The notes under the pieces were generated by a model that saw nothing but the letters and a program-made list of their open reading frames with translations, did no database searches and had not been told where the DNA came from. The translations under genes were made by a program, and so were the position numbers. Of a stretch of 64,000 nt of DNA, positions 12,791 to 25,722 are shown one piece after another. This DNA is from Chiloscyllium plagiosum (lineage: Eukaryota), in contig NC_057750.1 in assembly GCF_004010195.1 (NCBI RefSeq), positions 192,734 through 256,733 of the forward strand, in the 5' to 3' direction. Within the stretch, counting starts at the first letter, position 1; every line of letters begins with the position of its first letter.

Positions 12791-13744
12791 TTCAGATCTG
12801 TCTTTCTCTTGTCTAACACCAGGATGAGGTTTGTTTTTCAAAAAACACTTATTCAGTGTTACCCTACACTGGTACTCCAAACATAATCCACATTCTCAGT
12901 CCCTGTAAATATTCTTAAATCCTGTCTCTATCCACCAACAGTAAGGATTTTTCACTCCTCAACGCTTTGCTAAATTGCACCTTCTGACATTTCTCTTCAA
13001 AGGTAAAAGTTCGAAGGTATGTTTATTTTGTTAGATCCTGGTATTCTATTCTGTAGTTCTGCAGTATTTATTTTAAAAATCCTTATGGTGCCCTGTTTCC
13101 GAAATGTGAATAATTCTCCAAGGTGTGATCAGAACAGTAAAGAATCACACTGACATTTCATTTGATCTTGAGCTGATTTCTTCCTGGATCGAACTTCAAT
13201 TTTCATTACCTGTAGTGATAGCGGTGAGATATTGAGTTTCTGTCAGGAAGGCTCCAGCTATCGGGTTTCGATCTCTCTCTCTCTCAAAGAGTTGTGACTA
13301 GTATCTTCACTTGAACTCCACAATGGCTCTGCTTCTCAAGTCTGGCTACATGTGTTCACACCTTAAATGTACCTTTTAACTCTCAACCACAGAAGCCCCA
13401 TTGGACTTCAGCTCCTTTCTCCAACACACCCTCCCAAACTATTCTGGTGGCTGCTGGCATTTATTTTGAGAACCATTGACACATTCATCCAGCAGTTTAG
13501 ATGGAAACATTGGAGTACTAGTCATAACATGAATCTCTGTTGGACATCATAGTCTGAACCTCCTCTTGGGAAATATCCCAGTCACATGAACCTTCTGTAA
13601 TCACCTGCTCACGATCTGTTCCAGTTCCAACACCAGCTTGTTCCCTGAATGATTTTCAGTGAGACACCAAACGGAATTGCAAAGCCTTTGTGAATGTACT
13701 GGACAGAGTAGATAAGGAGAAACTGGTTCACGTTTGTAATTGGA

Positions 13745-14692
13745 TTCAGAATGAAAGGGCATGGATTTGAAATTTGAAGAAAAGGGTGATGTGACAAAGA
13801 AAATCTCACTCACACAGTGAGTCGTTCGGGTGTGGAAGGCACTGCCTGGAAATATGGGTTGCTATGGACCAGACCAGACCCCTCAAAACATTTCAAGAAA
13901 GTAACCCAGACTAACTTTGCTAGCTATTTTAAGTAGGTGTGGAGTGGATATTCCAAGAGGGATGCAGTTAGTCAAACCACTTAGTATTAAACAAAACAGA
14001 ATTTATTTACAAGTTTACCAAATGAAACACAAACAAAAGAGAACAGAGTGCTGAATAACGTAACCTGCCTGAGAACCCAACAGATCATCCCAACTTAATG
14101 ATGCTCTTCCAAATACTTACAACAATCCCCATCAACACCCCTTGGCACAAAAGGAAAAATCAAACACAGGAGAGATGTCAGAGAGAGAGGAGGATCAGCA
14201 TGGACCTGCTTTTTTTGTGTCCAACAGCTTTAAAAACACTACTGACTGCTTTCAGTGAACAGCTAGACTGCTAAAACTGAATCAAAACAGAGGAAAGCTG
14301 AGCTGGGAGAATTGGCCGCTCCTATTTCATTGTACAAGTGTTGTTTTTCTGAAAAAGGACTTGAAGACCTTCTGCCTGAGGCAGTATCTGTTAGTTATAA
14401 TCAAACTGGCCCTAAAACCCTTCAAACCTTGGCTTTGCCGAAGGTCACTCTTTATGACCTCCTGAAAAGAACCGAGTAAAGCATAGCCTTGTTAAAGGAG
14501 CACCTTCATCACAGGGTAGAGGCAGGTTCAATTGAGACATTCAAGAGAGACATTGGATGATTATTTAGATAGAAATAATGTGCAGGGAGAGAGGGAAAAA
14601 GGCAGGAGATTGGTGCTAGCGGATGACATCAATGCAGGCATGATGGACCAAATGGCCTCATTTCTGCTCTGTAACAATTCTGTGATTCTGTG
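13745..14692 (+). mobile_element. CR1 3' fragment split by a solo LTR
   Basis: gggcatggattt..gtgtggaaggcactgcctggaaat resumes after the LTR as agaggcaggttcaattgagacattcaag..ttctgtgattctgtg. Confidence 0.78.
13860..14513 (-). mobile_element. Solo LTR (family 1) with 4-bp TSD GGGT
   Basis: gggt|TGCTATGG...TCATCACA|gggt; reverse-complement homologue of 10785-11357. Confidence 0.87.
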
Positions 14693-16173
14693 AAATTCTA
14701 CACACACATATATTGATGAGAAAGAGCAGTAATTCCTGCCTTGTTGGTCTTGATCATATCCCAATAAATAAAGATAGACAGAAACCTCTTTAATCCCAAC
14801 CTGGAAAGGTGTTGAGTATTCACTCATTCATTCCTGATGGATGACATCATTACAAGGGGGAGTCCTGGGACTTGGGGCTGCTTGCTCACATATCCTCGAA
14901 AATCACAGTGTCTGAGCAAAAACGCATGTGAGATTCTTGCCTTTATAAATAGAGGCATAGAGTATAAAATCAAGGATGTTGTGTTAAATCTTTATTGATT
15001 CTGTATTGGCCTTGGTTTTATTGGGGAGTGTTGTGTTGGCAGCGATGAGCACATAGGTCTCCATGTCTCTATGTACCATGGAATTTTAAATCCAAATCTG
15101 ATAGTCGAAAAGCTCTTTTACTTTTGTGATGACTGGGAATCAAGGGACCTGATTTCAGCTGTGCTACCCATGTGACACCCATGTGACACCATGGTGTATG
15201 TATTGGATTGTGATAAAAGAGAAAGTGTGTTTAGTCAATAAAGCTTTCATTCTGTTTTTACAGTAAGAGTCTTAAAATGTGAAATCTTGTTCTGTCCTTT
15301 TAGCTACTAACTGGAAGATCCAATATTTATGTTTAAAGTTGTTGCTCTCTGAAGAGAATGTAAAATCAATGAGCCCATGTTACACTGAATCTCCAGTGAC
15401 ATTTCTGTTCCAGGGTCTCTGACTGCCCAGTGTTGGCCAATCCTGGGATTGAAGAGTTTCCAGCCCTTCGGTCAGGTCAGCACATGTTGACAGCAATACT
15501 TCCGGCCTCAGGGTTTTAAGTTCAAGGTTCAGCAGTGACCTTCACCCCTGACTTTCCAATTGGCTCCTGAATCCACCACCTTCATTTTAAGTTCCAGAAC
15601 CAGGGGGATGCTTGGGAGCTAGATGTCTTGGGGGAGGTGGAGTCTGATGGGGTGAGAATGATGATAACAATGACTGGAAGTCTCTCAGGGCTGGATGGAT
15701 TGTGCCTGGGCTGTGCCATCTCAGAATCCAGTGGTGGGAGAAGACACTGAGTGGTAGACCCTTCTACTGCCCCGAGTTTGACTGATTTCCCTCCCTTTTG
15801 CTGGACTCTCTGTTGTACCAGCTGGCCTTGCCCTTTGCTGTCGCTCTTTCCTTGCTCCACTTGAAACCCTGGCCTTTGGGCAGGATCAATGGCCTCCCAA
15901 TCATTAAATCTGATCCTTTACACCCGATGGTCTTGCTAATAGACACCCTGGTCTCACAGAAAAGGGTGACCTCTTGGTCTCTTGCAATAGCATGCTTCTC
16001 CGAGGAACATCAGCTTAAAGGAGGGCAGTGAGGGGGTGGGGAGGGGGTGGGGGTGGGGATGCAGGGGGCTGAATATTTAAACTGTCTTTGAGGTTGTGAG
16101 TTGCTGTGATCTGGAATGTGCTGCTGAAAAAGGAGATGGAAGCAGATTGTACAATCAAGGGCAGCCTCGGGCC

Positions 16174-16412
16174 ACTGTCTGTGTGGAGTTTGCACATCCT
16201 CCCCATGTCTGCCTGGGTACCTCCAGGTGCTCCAGTTTCCTCCCACAGTCTAAAAGATGTGCAGGTTAGATGGATTGGCCATGCCAAACTGCCCACAGTG
16301 TCCAGGGATGTACAGGTGGGTTAGCCATGGAAATGCAGGGTTACAGGGATGGGATGCTTTGGGGGGACTTGATAGACTGAATGGCCTGCTCCCACACTCT
16401 AGGGATTCTATG
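16174..16412 (+). mobile_element. HE1-type V-SINE, 5'-truncated
   Basis: ctgtctgtgtggagtttgcacatcctccccatgtctg..ggattggccatgc..gggattctatga. Confidence 0.85.
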
Positions 16413-16471
16413 AATAGCTCATAGGGTTAGATTAATACTTAAAAAGGAGAATGCTGTAGCACGATGGGGAA

Positions 16472-16590
16472 CGAATGAATGTTTTTATTGTCATGTGTAT
16501 TTATAGTGAGGAAAAACAATAAAATACAGTGAAAAGCTTTCCCACAGTCTCCACATCCTTTGCTATTTTAAATAGTTTTATGAAAAACAG
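16472..16590 (-). mobile_element. 3' end of the unclassified retroposon seen at 36930-37585
   Basis: Reverse complement of ttttcactgtattt..catgacaataaa-(ttca)n terminus. Confidence 0.5.
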
Positions 16591-17009
16591 GAAAAAAGAA
16601 AGAGAGAGCTTAAAGAGAGTCTATCAGTCCTAAGCCAGCTCATCATCAACGATATCTAGACCACTATCCCTCTGAGAGCAAAGCAAAGGAACTAATTGGG
16701 TAGCTTTCAAAGAGTAAGTGTGTAGATGGTCGCTTGTAAAACCTCCTTTTGAACTCATCAATTCATGACTCCTTTGTAACTTGGGTAGAAGCCTGTCTGA
16801 TGTGAATTGACCCTTCACTCAGCCTTCGGAATAATTAAATTGAATGAAAGGTGCGAGTGAAACGTTAAATCCGCTGACATTTGCAAAATCAGCAGCCTCA
16901 TTTACAGAGAGTTGTTCAGTGACATTCCCATCAGTGTTTCACTTCCACCTTCACAACGTGTCACTTGTTTCCTGGGAATTTAGTCAAGAGTTGGTCTGCG
17001 CACTGACAA

Positions 17010-17220
17010 AGAGAGAGAGTGTGTGTGTGTGAGTGAGAGTGAGAGTGAGTGAGAGAAAATGAGAGATACAAAAGAGAGAGAATGAGTGAGAGAGAGTGTG
17101 AGAGAAAGAGAGAGACAGACTAAAAGAAAAAGATGGAGAAGATAGAGTGTGTGAGGGAAAAAAAGAGAGACTGAAGAGAGAGAAAGTGAAAGAGAGAAAG
17201 AAGGGATAGTAAGAGAGAAA
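17010..17220. repeat. Degenerate (GA)n/(GT)n microsatellite
   Basis: Direct reading. Confidence 0.95.
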
Positions 17221-18909
17221 TCATGGGTTGGTGGACAGGAAGTGAGTCACTGCCATGTCTGACACAGAGTCCCATGGCCCAGGAAGAGTTTGGGCTGAAC
17301 CTATGATTGATGCTGATAGATTCAGTCACAATGATCGAGAACATTAGAAATAAGAGCAGGCCCTGGTATTCAATAAGTCCGTCGTATGATCATCTGCAGT
17401 GAATCCACTTCCACACTCACTTGCTCCACATGTGCTTGAAAACTGATTTCAAATTAACTCGAATGATGAACTTGCACAGTGGGAGAGAGAATTGTAATAA
17501 TTCTCTGAGAGGAAACATTTCCCCCATCTCAATTCTCCAGTATTGATCTTTTATCTTGACTCTCCATGAGAGGAGAAACAGCCTCTCCATTATATCTCAC
17601 CTCGGTCTTTGGGGAATAGAGTGAGTTAAGCTGTCTGTTACAGTGAGACAGTCTGAACTCAGTCAGTGCATATGTGGGGAACATAACAAATATGAGGAGA
17701 CCATTTTTGAGACTTGGGTCCTCTATATCTGACCGTGAGGGGGCCTGAGGGAGGTTGAAGAATCTTCACCAAAATTTCTCATTTGCTGGGGAAGCAAAAG
17801 AAGCAAGTGTTTTGCCTAATTTAGCATGCAAGGTGATTGAATAACACTCCTTCTAACACCCCCTTCCTCACTCCCCAAACTCCTTCTTCACCCACTGTGC
17901 CCCCTAACAGCTAAACAATGACTGATTTGTTGAAATATTGGTTTTGACTGGGGTGGGGGAAAGCAATCACAAGTGGCCAATAGCTGCATTCATCCCCCTC
18001 AAAGATGTCGATCAGACCCAGTGTCCAATGGTTTGTTGCCTCTCCGACTGACGTGTCAAGGACATCTCCTCTGAGATCGAACATAAGGAAAGGCTAAATT
18101 TTTACCCTCCTCCACACACCCCAAGGCTGTCCTCGATTACCTGAGAGGTCACTTGATGAGTACCTCAGTACAGAGCTGGGATACCACCCTGATAGAAATC
18201 ATTGCTGCAAAAAAAGTAAATTGGAAGAAAATAGCAAAATGAGGAATGCAAGGCAGATCCGGAGTGAATGAAAATCAATCCAATAATGTGGTGTCGGGTA
18301 AGCAATTTGCCAGCTAACTGGGTAATGCTTGCTCAGTCTTGCCTCATCCTTGTACCTTAATTTTTTTTCAGGTTCAACTAAAATCTCTGATATTGATTGT
18401 CCATCAATTACTCACTTTTCTGGGCTGGTGGCAGGAGTTAAGTACAGACGATCTAACAGCCTGTTGGGTTAATGCCAGTCAGAGAGACCTGAAATATTTA
18501 TGACAGGTCTTGATGCTGTAGCTGTAAACAGTGCTCAAACACAGTATCTACTCATCACAGACATGTGCTTTCCTTCCACAGAGAATCAGGAGGAAAACCA
18601 CAAGAGCTGAAAATCTAAAATAAAAACAGATTTCAATGAGTGTTCGTCAGTCACGATTCCCCATTTGGCAAGCACGCTGATGATGGATTTATAACTTGGC
18701 TGCTCTCTGGTTGGAAACAAACAGAAATGGAACAGGACAGAATTCCTCCTCTGTAATCAGGGGTCCATTGGAATAGGAGATGGGAGATCCCAATTCTTCT
18801 TGAAGGTTGTGTCTCACACCCTCACATTGCTCTGGCTGTGGAATTGAATAAACAGTGAGGGCGTTCTCACTTTAAAGATCATCCAAGTATGCCCAGTCTA
18901 CTGGACTGC

Positions 18910-19610
18910 ACAGGATCACAGCATTCCTGTACACAGGGAAGCCATTTGGCCCTTCGCACTTGGAGAGTCATACAGCAACACAAATCTGCACTGACCTATC
19001 TGCATCAATCCCACCTTCTAGCAGTTAGCCCACAGCATTGAATACTCTACATTTCAAGTGCTCATCCACTTATTCAGGTTACCTGCCTCAACTCTCCTTC
19101 CAGACCCCACCATCCTCTGGGTTAAAATGTTTCTCCAAACCTTCTGCTCTTAATAAAATCATTATGTCCCCTCATTATTGACCCATCAGTTATGGTAAAC
19201 AACTGCTTTCTATCTACTCTGCTCATGCTCCTCATGACTATTTGGGCTTTTGTGGTAGAGTGGTAGTGTCCCTACATTTGAACCAGGAGGGCTTGGTTCA
19301 AGTCCCACCTGCTCCACTGGTGTGTAAGAACATCTCTGAAAAGTTTAATTGGAAAATATATCCCTCATAATCTTATACGCCTCAGTCAGGCACCCCCTCA
19401 AACCTCTCCACTGTGAAGAAAACTCAAGCTTATTCAGCCTCTCTTCATAAATCATACTGTAGAGAAGAAGCCATTTGGCCCTTTCCATCTGCACTGACAA
19501 ACACAACTCTAAATCTACACTAGTCCCACTTTGCAACACTTCATCTTCATAGCTAAAATGCTCCAACCTAGGTAATATTCTGGTCAATCTCCTCTGGGTC
19601 CCTCCAGTGA
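18910..19610 (-). mobile_element. Decayed CR1 3' fragments with nested SINE
   Basis: Minus strand RRLTRILPRLEHFSYE..EERLNKLEFSS..LRGCLTEAYKIMR. Confidence 0.65.
19245..19360 (+). mobile_element. Short tRNA-derived SINE family C
   Basis: gtggtagagtggtagtg (A box)..ggttcaagtcc (B box); reverse copies near 60060-60175 and 7255-7330. Confidence 0.65.
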
Positions 19611-20552
19611 GATTTAGAATGCCCTTTGAACTTGCCATTTGGAGCTGCTTCCTTGAAATCTATGTCTCTTTCCTGTTACCAACCTTTTCCCAAAAAGTAC
19701 TCATCAAATATAAGGCCTATTTTGAAGTAAATCGAACACTTGTGGGGAGATGATGTTCAGTCAGTGGAGACACATTCCAAACAAGAATTTCAAATCACCA
19801 AAAGAATTCATTACTGAAACAAAATGAGATGACATCCTGACTGTGTTGTTAAATATTGCTGGAGAAATGTGGATGGTGAGGGATGTCAGGGAGTTTAATG
19901 CAGATTTGATATTTTCAACTTTGAAAAATTATAATTGGGTTTGTAAATAGAACATGAAGGCTACAACAAATGAAAGGAGAACGTTCCTTGAGCTGTTATC
20001 TAGGGCAGAATCAGAATTTTCATTCCTCATGCTAGATGTGTTTGAAGAGGTGATTACTTTCTGACTCCAACTGATGTGCCTCACACCTCAGCAAACTCCA
20101 GCTTCCTTTGAATTAATTGCAATTGAAGGGGTTTGTGGTAGGTCATAGTTGTATCAGCCAACATTAATTCTGGGAATCAGGTTTGAATCAGCCCAGACAA
20201 ATTAACTGAAAAGGCTTATGTTTAAACCAAACTCAGGTGACATTAATAGAACATAGAACATAGAACAATACAGCATAAAACAGGCCCTTCAGCCGTCAAT
20301 GTTGCGCCAACCTGTGAGCTATTCTGTGCTCGTCCCCCTACACTATCCTACCATCATCCATGTGCTTATCTAAGGATTGTTTAAATCTCCCTAATGTGGC
20401 TGAGCTAACTACAGAAGGCAGGGCATTCCACGCCCTTACCACTCTCTGAGTGAAGAACCTGCCTCTAACATCTGTCTTAAATCTATCACCCCTCAATTTG
20501 TAGTTATGCTCCCTCGTACACGCTGACATCATCATCCTAAGAAAAAGACTTT

Positions 20553-20671
20553 GGGCTTTTGCCCGAAACGTCGATTTCGCTGCTCGTTGGATGCTGCCTG
20601 AACTGCTGTGCTCTTACAGCACCACTGATCCAGAATCTGGTTTCCAGCATCTGCAGTCATTGTTTTTACCT
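20553..20671 (+). mobile_element. Truncated PLE terminal repeat (family A variant) inserted in CR1, 10-bp TSD
   Basis: aaaagacttt at 20543-20552 and 20672-20681; gggcttttgcccgaaacgtcg..ccagcatctgcagtc. Confidence 0.8.
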
Positions 20672-22030
20672 AAAAGACTTTCACTGTCTACCCTATCTAA
20701 TCCTCTGATCATCTTGTATGTCTCTATCAAATCCCCTCTTAACCTTCTTCTTTTCAATGAGAACAGACCCAAGTCTCTCAGCCTTTCCTCATATGACCTT
20801 CTTTCCAGACCAGGCAACATCCTGGTAAATCTCTTCTGCACCTTTTCCAATGCTTCCACATCCTTCCCAGAACTGTACACAATATTCCAAGTGCAGCCGC
20901 ACTAATATTTTGCATAGTTGCCGGATGATATTGTGGCTCCGGAACTCAATCCCTCTACTAATGAAACCTAACACACCATATGCCTTCTTAACAGCACTGT
21001 CAATCTGGGTGGTGACTTTCAGGGATCTGTGTACATGGACTCCAAGATCCCTCTGCACATCCACACTACCAAGAATCTTTCCATTGACCCAGTACTCTGC
21101 CTTCCTGTTATTTTTCCCAAAGTGCATCACCTCACATTTAGCTTCATTGAACTCCATTTGCCACCTCTCAGCCCGATTCTGCAGTTTATCAACGTCCTCC
21201 TCACTGTCCACTACCCCACTGACTTTAGTGTCAAGTGCAAATTTACTAACCCATCCACCTATGACTGCGTCTAAGTCATTTATAAAAATGACAAACAGCA
21301 GTGGTCCCAAAACGGATCCTTGTGGCACACCACTAGTAACCGGACTCCAGGCTGAATATTTTCCATCAACCACCACTCGCTGCCTTCTTTCAGAAAGCCA
21401 GTTTCTAATCCAAACTGCTAAATCACCCTCAGTCCTATGCCTCTGCATTTTCTCCAACAGCCTACCATGTGGAATCTTATCAAAGGCTTTACTGAAGTCC
21501 ATGAATACCACGTCAACTGCCCTACCCTCATCTACATGCTTGGTTAGTGTCTCAAAAAAACTCAATGAGGTTTGTGAGACATGACCTGTCCTTGATGAAA
21601 CCATGTCGACTATTTCCAGTCAAATTGTTGCTTGTGAGATGATTATAAATCTTATCTCTTATAATCCTTTCCAAAACCTTTCCCACAACAGACATAAGGA
21701 TCACTGGTCTATAATTATCTGGGTCATCTCTGCTGTCCTTCTTGAATAAGGGCACAACATTTGCAATCCTCCAGTCCTCTGGTACTAAACCTATAGACAA
21801 TGACGACTCAAAGATCAAAGCCAAAGTCTCCGCTATCTCCTCCCTCGCTTCCTAGAGAATCCTTGGATAAATCCCATCTGGCCCAGAGGACTTGTCTAAT
21901 TTCACTCCTTCTAGAATTGATAACACCTCTTCCTTACTAACCTCGATCATTTCTTGTTTAATATCTCGTCCCTCATTCTTCTCCTCTACAATATTCTCCT
22001 TTTCCTGAGTGAAAACCGATGAGAAATAGT

Positions 22031-22343
22031 GGGCGGCACGGTGGCACAGTGGTTAGCAGTGCTGCCTCGCAGCGCCAGAGACCCGGGTTCAATTCCCGCC
22101 TCAGGCGACTGACTGTGTGGAGTTTGCACGTTCTCCCCGTGTCTGCGTGGGTTTCCTTCGGGTGCTCCGGTTTCCTCCCACAATCCAAAGATGTGCAGGT
22201 CAGGTGAATTGGTCTTGCTAAATTGCCCGTAGTGTTAGGTAAGGGGCAAATGTAGGGGTATGGGTGGGTTGTGCTTCGGCGGGTCGGTGTGGGCTTGTTG
22301 GGCCGAAGGGCCTGTGTCCACACTGTAATGTAATGTAATCTAA
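22031..22343 (+). mobile_element. Full-length, young HE1-type V-SINE nested in CR1
   Basis: gggcggcacggtggcacagtggttagc (A box), gggttcaattccc (B box), V-domain, gggccgaagggcctg tail, (TAATG)n; CpGs retained. Confidence 0.95.
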
Positions 22344-23109
22344 AATGTTCTTTTAGCACCTCTCCGATCTCCACAGGGTCCACACTCAACTTCCCACTTC
22401 TGTCTTTGACTGCCCCTATTCCTACCCTAATCATCCTTTTATTCCTCACATACCTATAGAAAGCTTTAGGTTCTCCTTTATTCTATTTGCTAAAGACTGC
22501 TCGTGTCCTCTCTTTGCTCTTCTTAACTCTCTCTTTAAATCCTTCTGAGCTGATCTGTAACTCTCCATCGCCTCATCTGAACCATCTTGCCTCATCAACA
22601 CATAAGCCTCGTTCTTCTGCTTAACAAGAGAAGCAGTTTCTGTAGTAAACCAAGGTTTCCTTACTTTATCACTTCCTCCCTGCCTGACAGGGACATACCT
22701 ATCAAGGACACGCAATATCTGTTCCTTAGACCAGCTCCACATTTCCATTGTCTACATCTCCCTCATTTTGCTACCCCATTCTATGCATCTTAATTCTTGC
22801 CTAATCACATTATAATTGCCCTTGCCCCATCGATAACTCTTGACCTGGGGCATGTACCTATCCCTTTCCATCAATAAACTAAACATAACTGAATTATGGT
22901 CACTCTCTCCAAAGTGTTCACTTACAACTAAATCAAACACCTGGTCTGGTTCATTACCAAGCACCAGATCCGGTGTGGCCTCCCCTCTTGTCGGCCCTTC
23001 GACATACTGTGTCAGAAAACCCTCTTGTAACACATTGGACAAAAACTGATCCAATTGTCCAATTGACTCAGATTTTGGTTGACATGAAACTGTACATTTG
23101 ACTATAGTC

Positions 23110-23520
23110 AATGGAATTTAGAAGAATGAGGGGGGATCTTATACAAACATACAAAGTTTTGAAGGGAATAGATTAGATTGAAACAGAGATTGTTCCCAGT
23201 AGTGGGTGAAAGGAGAACCAGGGGTCATAGCCTCAAAATAAGGGGGAGCAGATTTAAGACTGAGCTGAGGAGGGACTTCTTCATCCAAAAGGTTGAGGAT
23301 CTGTGGAATTCTTCGCCCAATGAAACAGTTGAGGTCACCTCATTGAATGTTTTTATAGATTTTTGAACAATAAAGGAATTAAGGGTTATGGTGAGGGGGC
23401 AGTAAGTGGAGCTGAGTCCATGAAAACATCAGCCATGATCTTATTGATTGGTGGAGCAGGCTTGAGGGGCCAGATGACCTATTTCTGCTCCTATTTCTAA
23501 TGTTCATCTGTTCTTATGGT
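23110..23520 (+). mobile_element. CR1 3' fragment
   Basis: RTRGHSLKIRGSRFKTELRRDFFIQKVEDLWNS. Confidence 0.88.
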
Positions 23521-23772
23521 CTTAAACCATCTGCAACTGGACATGACCTGCCACTGAACTGATAATTCCATCTAAAGTTTACACACAGCAAAGATGGAAA
23601 TTTAGCAAGTGTTGGAATTGTTCTTTCGAGGCACTAACTGATATGTCACATTGGTTAATGCGTACGAATTATAACACAAACTTTCTGTTGTTGTCAAAAA
23701 AGTCAAAATTGATCCCAGTGACAATTTTAAAAAGGGGACTTCTCCTGGTTGGTGATCAGAAACAGTTTCTTG

Positions 23773-24075
23773 GGGTGGCATGGTGGCTCACTGGTTAGCA
23801 CTGCGCCTGACAGCACCAGGGTCCTAGGTTTGATTCCAGCCTCAGCCAACTGTCTGCGTGGAGTTTGTACATTCTCCCCGTGTCTGTGTGGGTTTCCTCC
23901 GGGTGCTCCGGTTTCCTCCCACAGTCACAAAGATGTGCAGGTCAGGTGAATTGGCCATGCTAAATTGCCCATAGTGTTAGGTGCATTAGTCAGAGGAGGG
24001 TGGGTTACTGTGCGGAGGGTCAATGTGGACTTGTTGGGCCAAAGGGCCTGTTTTAACACTGTAGGGAATCTAATC
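23773..24075 (+). mobile_element. HE1-type V-SINE
   Basis: tRNA head, V-domain, gggccaaagggcctg tail. Confidence 0.9.
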
Positions 24076-24184
24076 TTCTTGTCTAAATATTTTACTCCTG
24101 GTCTGGAGACACTGAGGAGTATTCTAGACTCCTTGGCAAAATGCCCAACAGTTCATAGAAATATAGAATCTTTTTTTAAAAACT

Positions 24185-24365
24185 CCTCCCTGTGGTGTGG
24201 GTATCTTTCTGCATTTGAACATGGACTGCTTCAGATTCTGAGGGGTTGTCAATGGTGCTGAACATTGTGAAATCATCAGTGAACATCTGACTGTATGATG
24301 GAGGTAAGGTCATTGATGAAGCAGCTGAAGATGGTTGGTGTAGGACACTGCCCTGAGGAACTGTT
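24185..24365 (-). mobile_element. Non-LTR family B RT fragment
   Basis: VPQGSVL..MFTDDFTMFSTI. Confidence 0.75.
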
Positions 24366-24916
24366 AAATTGATCAGGACACAGAAGTAGGCCATTCAGCC
24401 CATTGTACCAGTGCTATTGTTAAACTGTTGTCCAATTTAATCCCACATTCCAGGATTCTCTGCAGAACATTATTCATTTCCAAAGACATGACGAATTTTG
24501 AAAGTTGTTGTAGTGATTGGAACCATGGCCAGGTGGATCCCATTGACTATGAGATCCTTGATTGGAGGTTGTTAACCTGAACCAATCAGGGAGCCCTGGC
24601 TAATCAATATAATTCCCAGGAATTATTTGGGTTTTCCCGCTTCCCAGACCAATGGTCTGATATGTCAGTAACGCCCAAAAAATTGTACTGTACAACATTA
24701 TGGCAGTTTTTGAAAGATTTGTTGGTAATTTTACTCTTCAAAATTATCGATTATATTGAAGAGACCCCCTTTCATTATCTTTGCAAGTATGGAGGTATAA
24801 CATTGCACAATCATCCTTCACTTTACACCAAAAACAACTTGATGACATTTTTTGATAAAACATTTTGAAAATAAATTACATTGTGTTTCGAGCAAAAGAA
24901 AATATAAATAGGAGAG

Positions 24917-25227
24917 GGCCCGGGTGTCCCGAGAGAAGGAGCACATGATGTCCATCAACACCCTTGAGATGTTCAGGGAGAGGTGGGCGCCACAGGGAGC
25001 GAGTGCTTTATTTCCACTTCCAACTCTATTTTGATTTAACCCCTACCCTCCCCTTCACTGTTTGATCACACAGCATTGCCCTCTGAGAAGGACACAGCTT
25101 GTCACTGGCCACTTGGGTGTTTCCTTCCTTCCTGGTGGTGGAATATAAATAAAGAATTACAGACCTGTTGTTCTTCACTGTGTCCTACACCTGCACCCAC
25201 ATGATATGGGTGCTGGGGAGAAATAAG
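24917..25227 (+). mobile_element. Tx1/L1-like non-LTR 3' end
   Basis: RVSREKEHMMSINTLEMFRERWAPQG..SNSILI* resembles Tx1-clade ORF2 C-termini, followed by a UTR with AATAAA. Confidence 0.6.
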
Positions 25228-25431
25228 AATAAACAGAGGATTCGGAACCTCCTCGCTTCAGGAACTGACTCCAAGCCATCTGGCCACAGCCAGTGTACTG
25301 TGCATGTGAGAAAAAACAGGAAAAGAAAAATATAAACAAGGGATTCAGAACGTTTCCTCAGCTTTAGGTCTGACTCTGAGCTAGCTGTCCACATGTAAAT
25401 AAAGGGTGACCTGGTGATGGCATACCAGCCA

Positions 25432-25722
25432 GAATCATAGAATCTCTGCAGTCTGGAAGCAGGCCATTCATCCCATCAGGTCCATACTGACCCTCCAAAG
25501 AGTATCCTACCCAGACTCAACCCTATATTTCCCATGGCTAATCCACCTAGCCAACACATCCATGGACACTAAGGACAATTCAGCCAATCCACCTAACATG
25601 TACATTTTTAGACTGTAGCAGGAAGCCCACACAGACAGAGGGAGAATGTGCAAACTCCGCACAGCCAGTCACTCAAGGCTAGAACTGAATCTGGGTCCCT
25701 ACCGCTGAGCCACTGTGCTACT
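25432..25722 (-). mobile_element. HE1-type V-SINE nested in LTR
   Basis: gggagaatgtgcaaactcc..gctgagccactgtgc. Confidence 0.82.

Larger units (their letters stand above)
20246..23052 (-). mobile_element. CR1 LINE, ~2.8 kb decayed ORF2 (late endonuclease to 3' tail) with nested SINE and mini-PLE
   Basis: [58 protein letters not shown]; frameshifts; (ATAGAAC)n tail. Confidence 0.95.

Noticed and set aside
10785..14513. Full-length LTR retrotransposon between the two LTRs
   Set aside because: The LTRs are inverted, have separate TSDs and enclose no gag/pol.
18372..18470. Acceptor-like site and FN3-like peptide ITHFSGLVAGVKY
   Set aside because: Too short, followed by a stop, no convincing donor.
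20850..21584. 244-aa plus-strand ORF
   Set aside because: Antisense shadow of the CR1 RT.
22031..22100. tRNA-like sequence
   Set aside because: It is the head of an HE1 SINE, not a tRNA gene.
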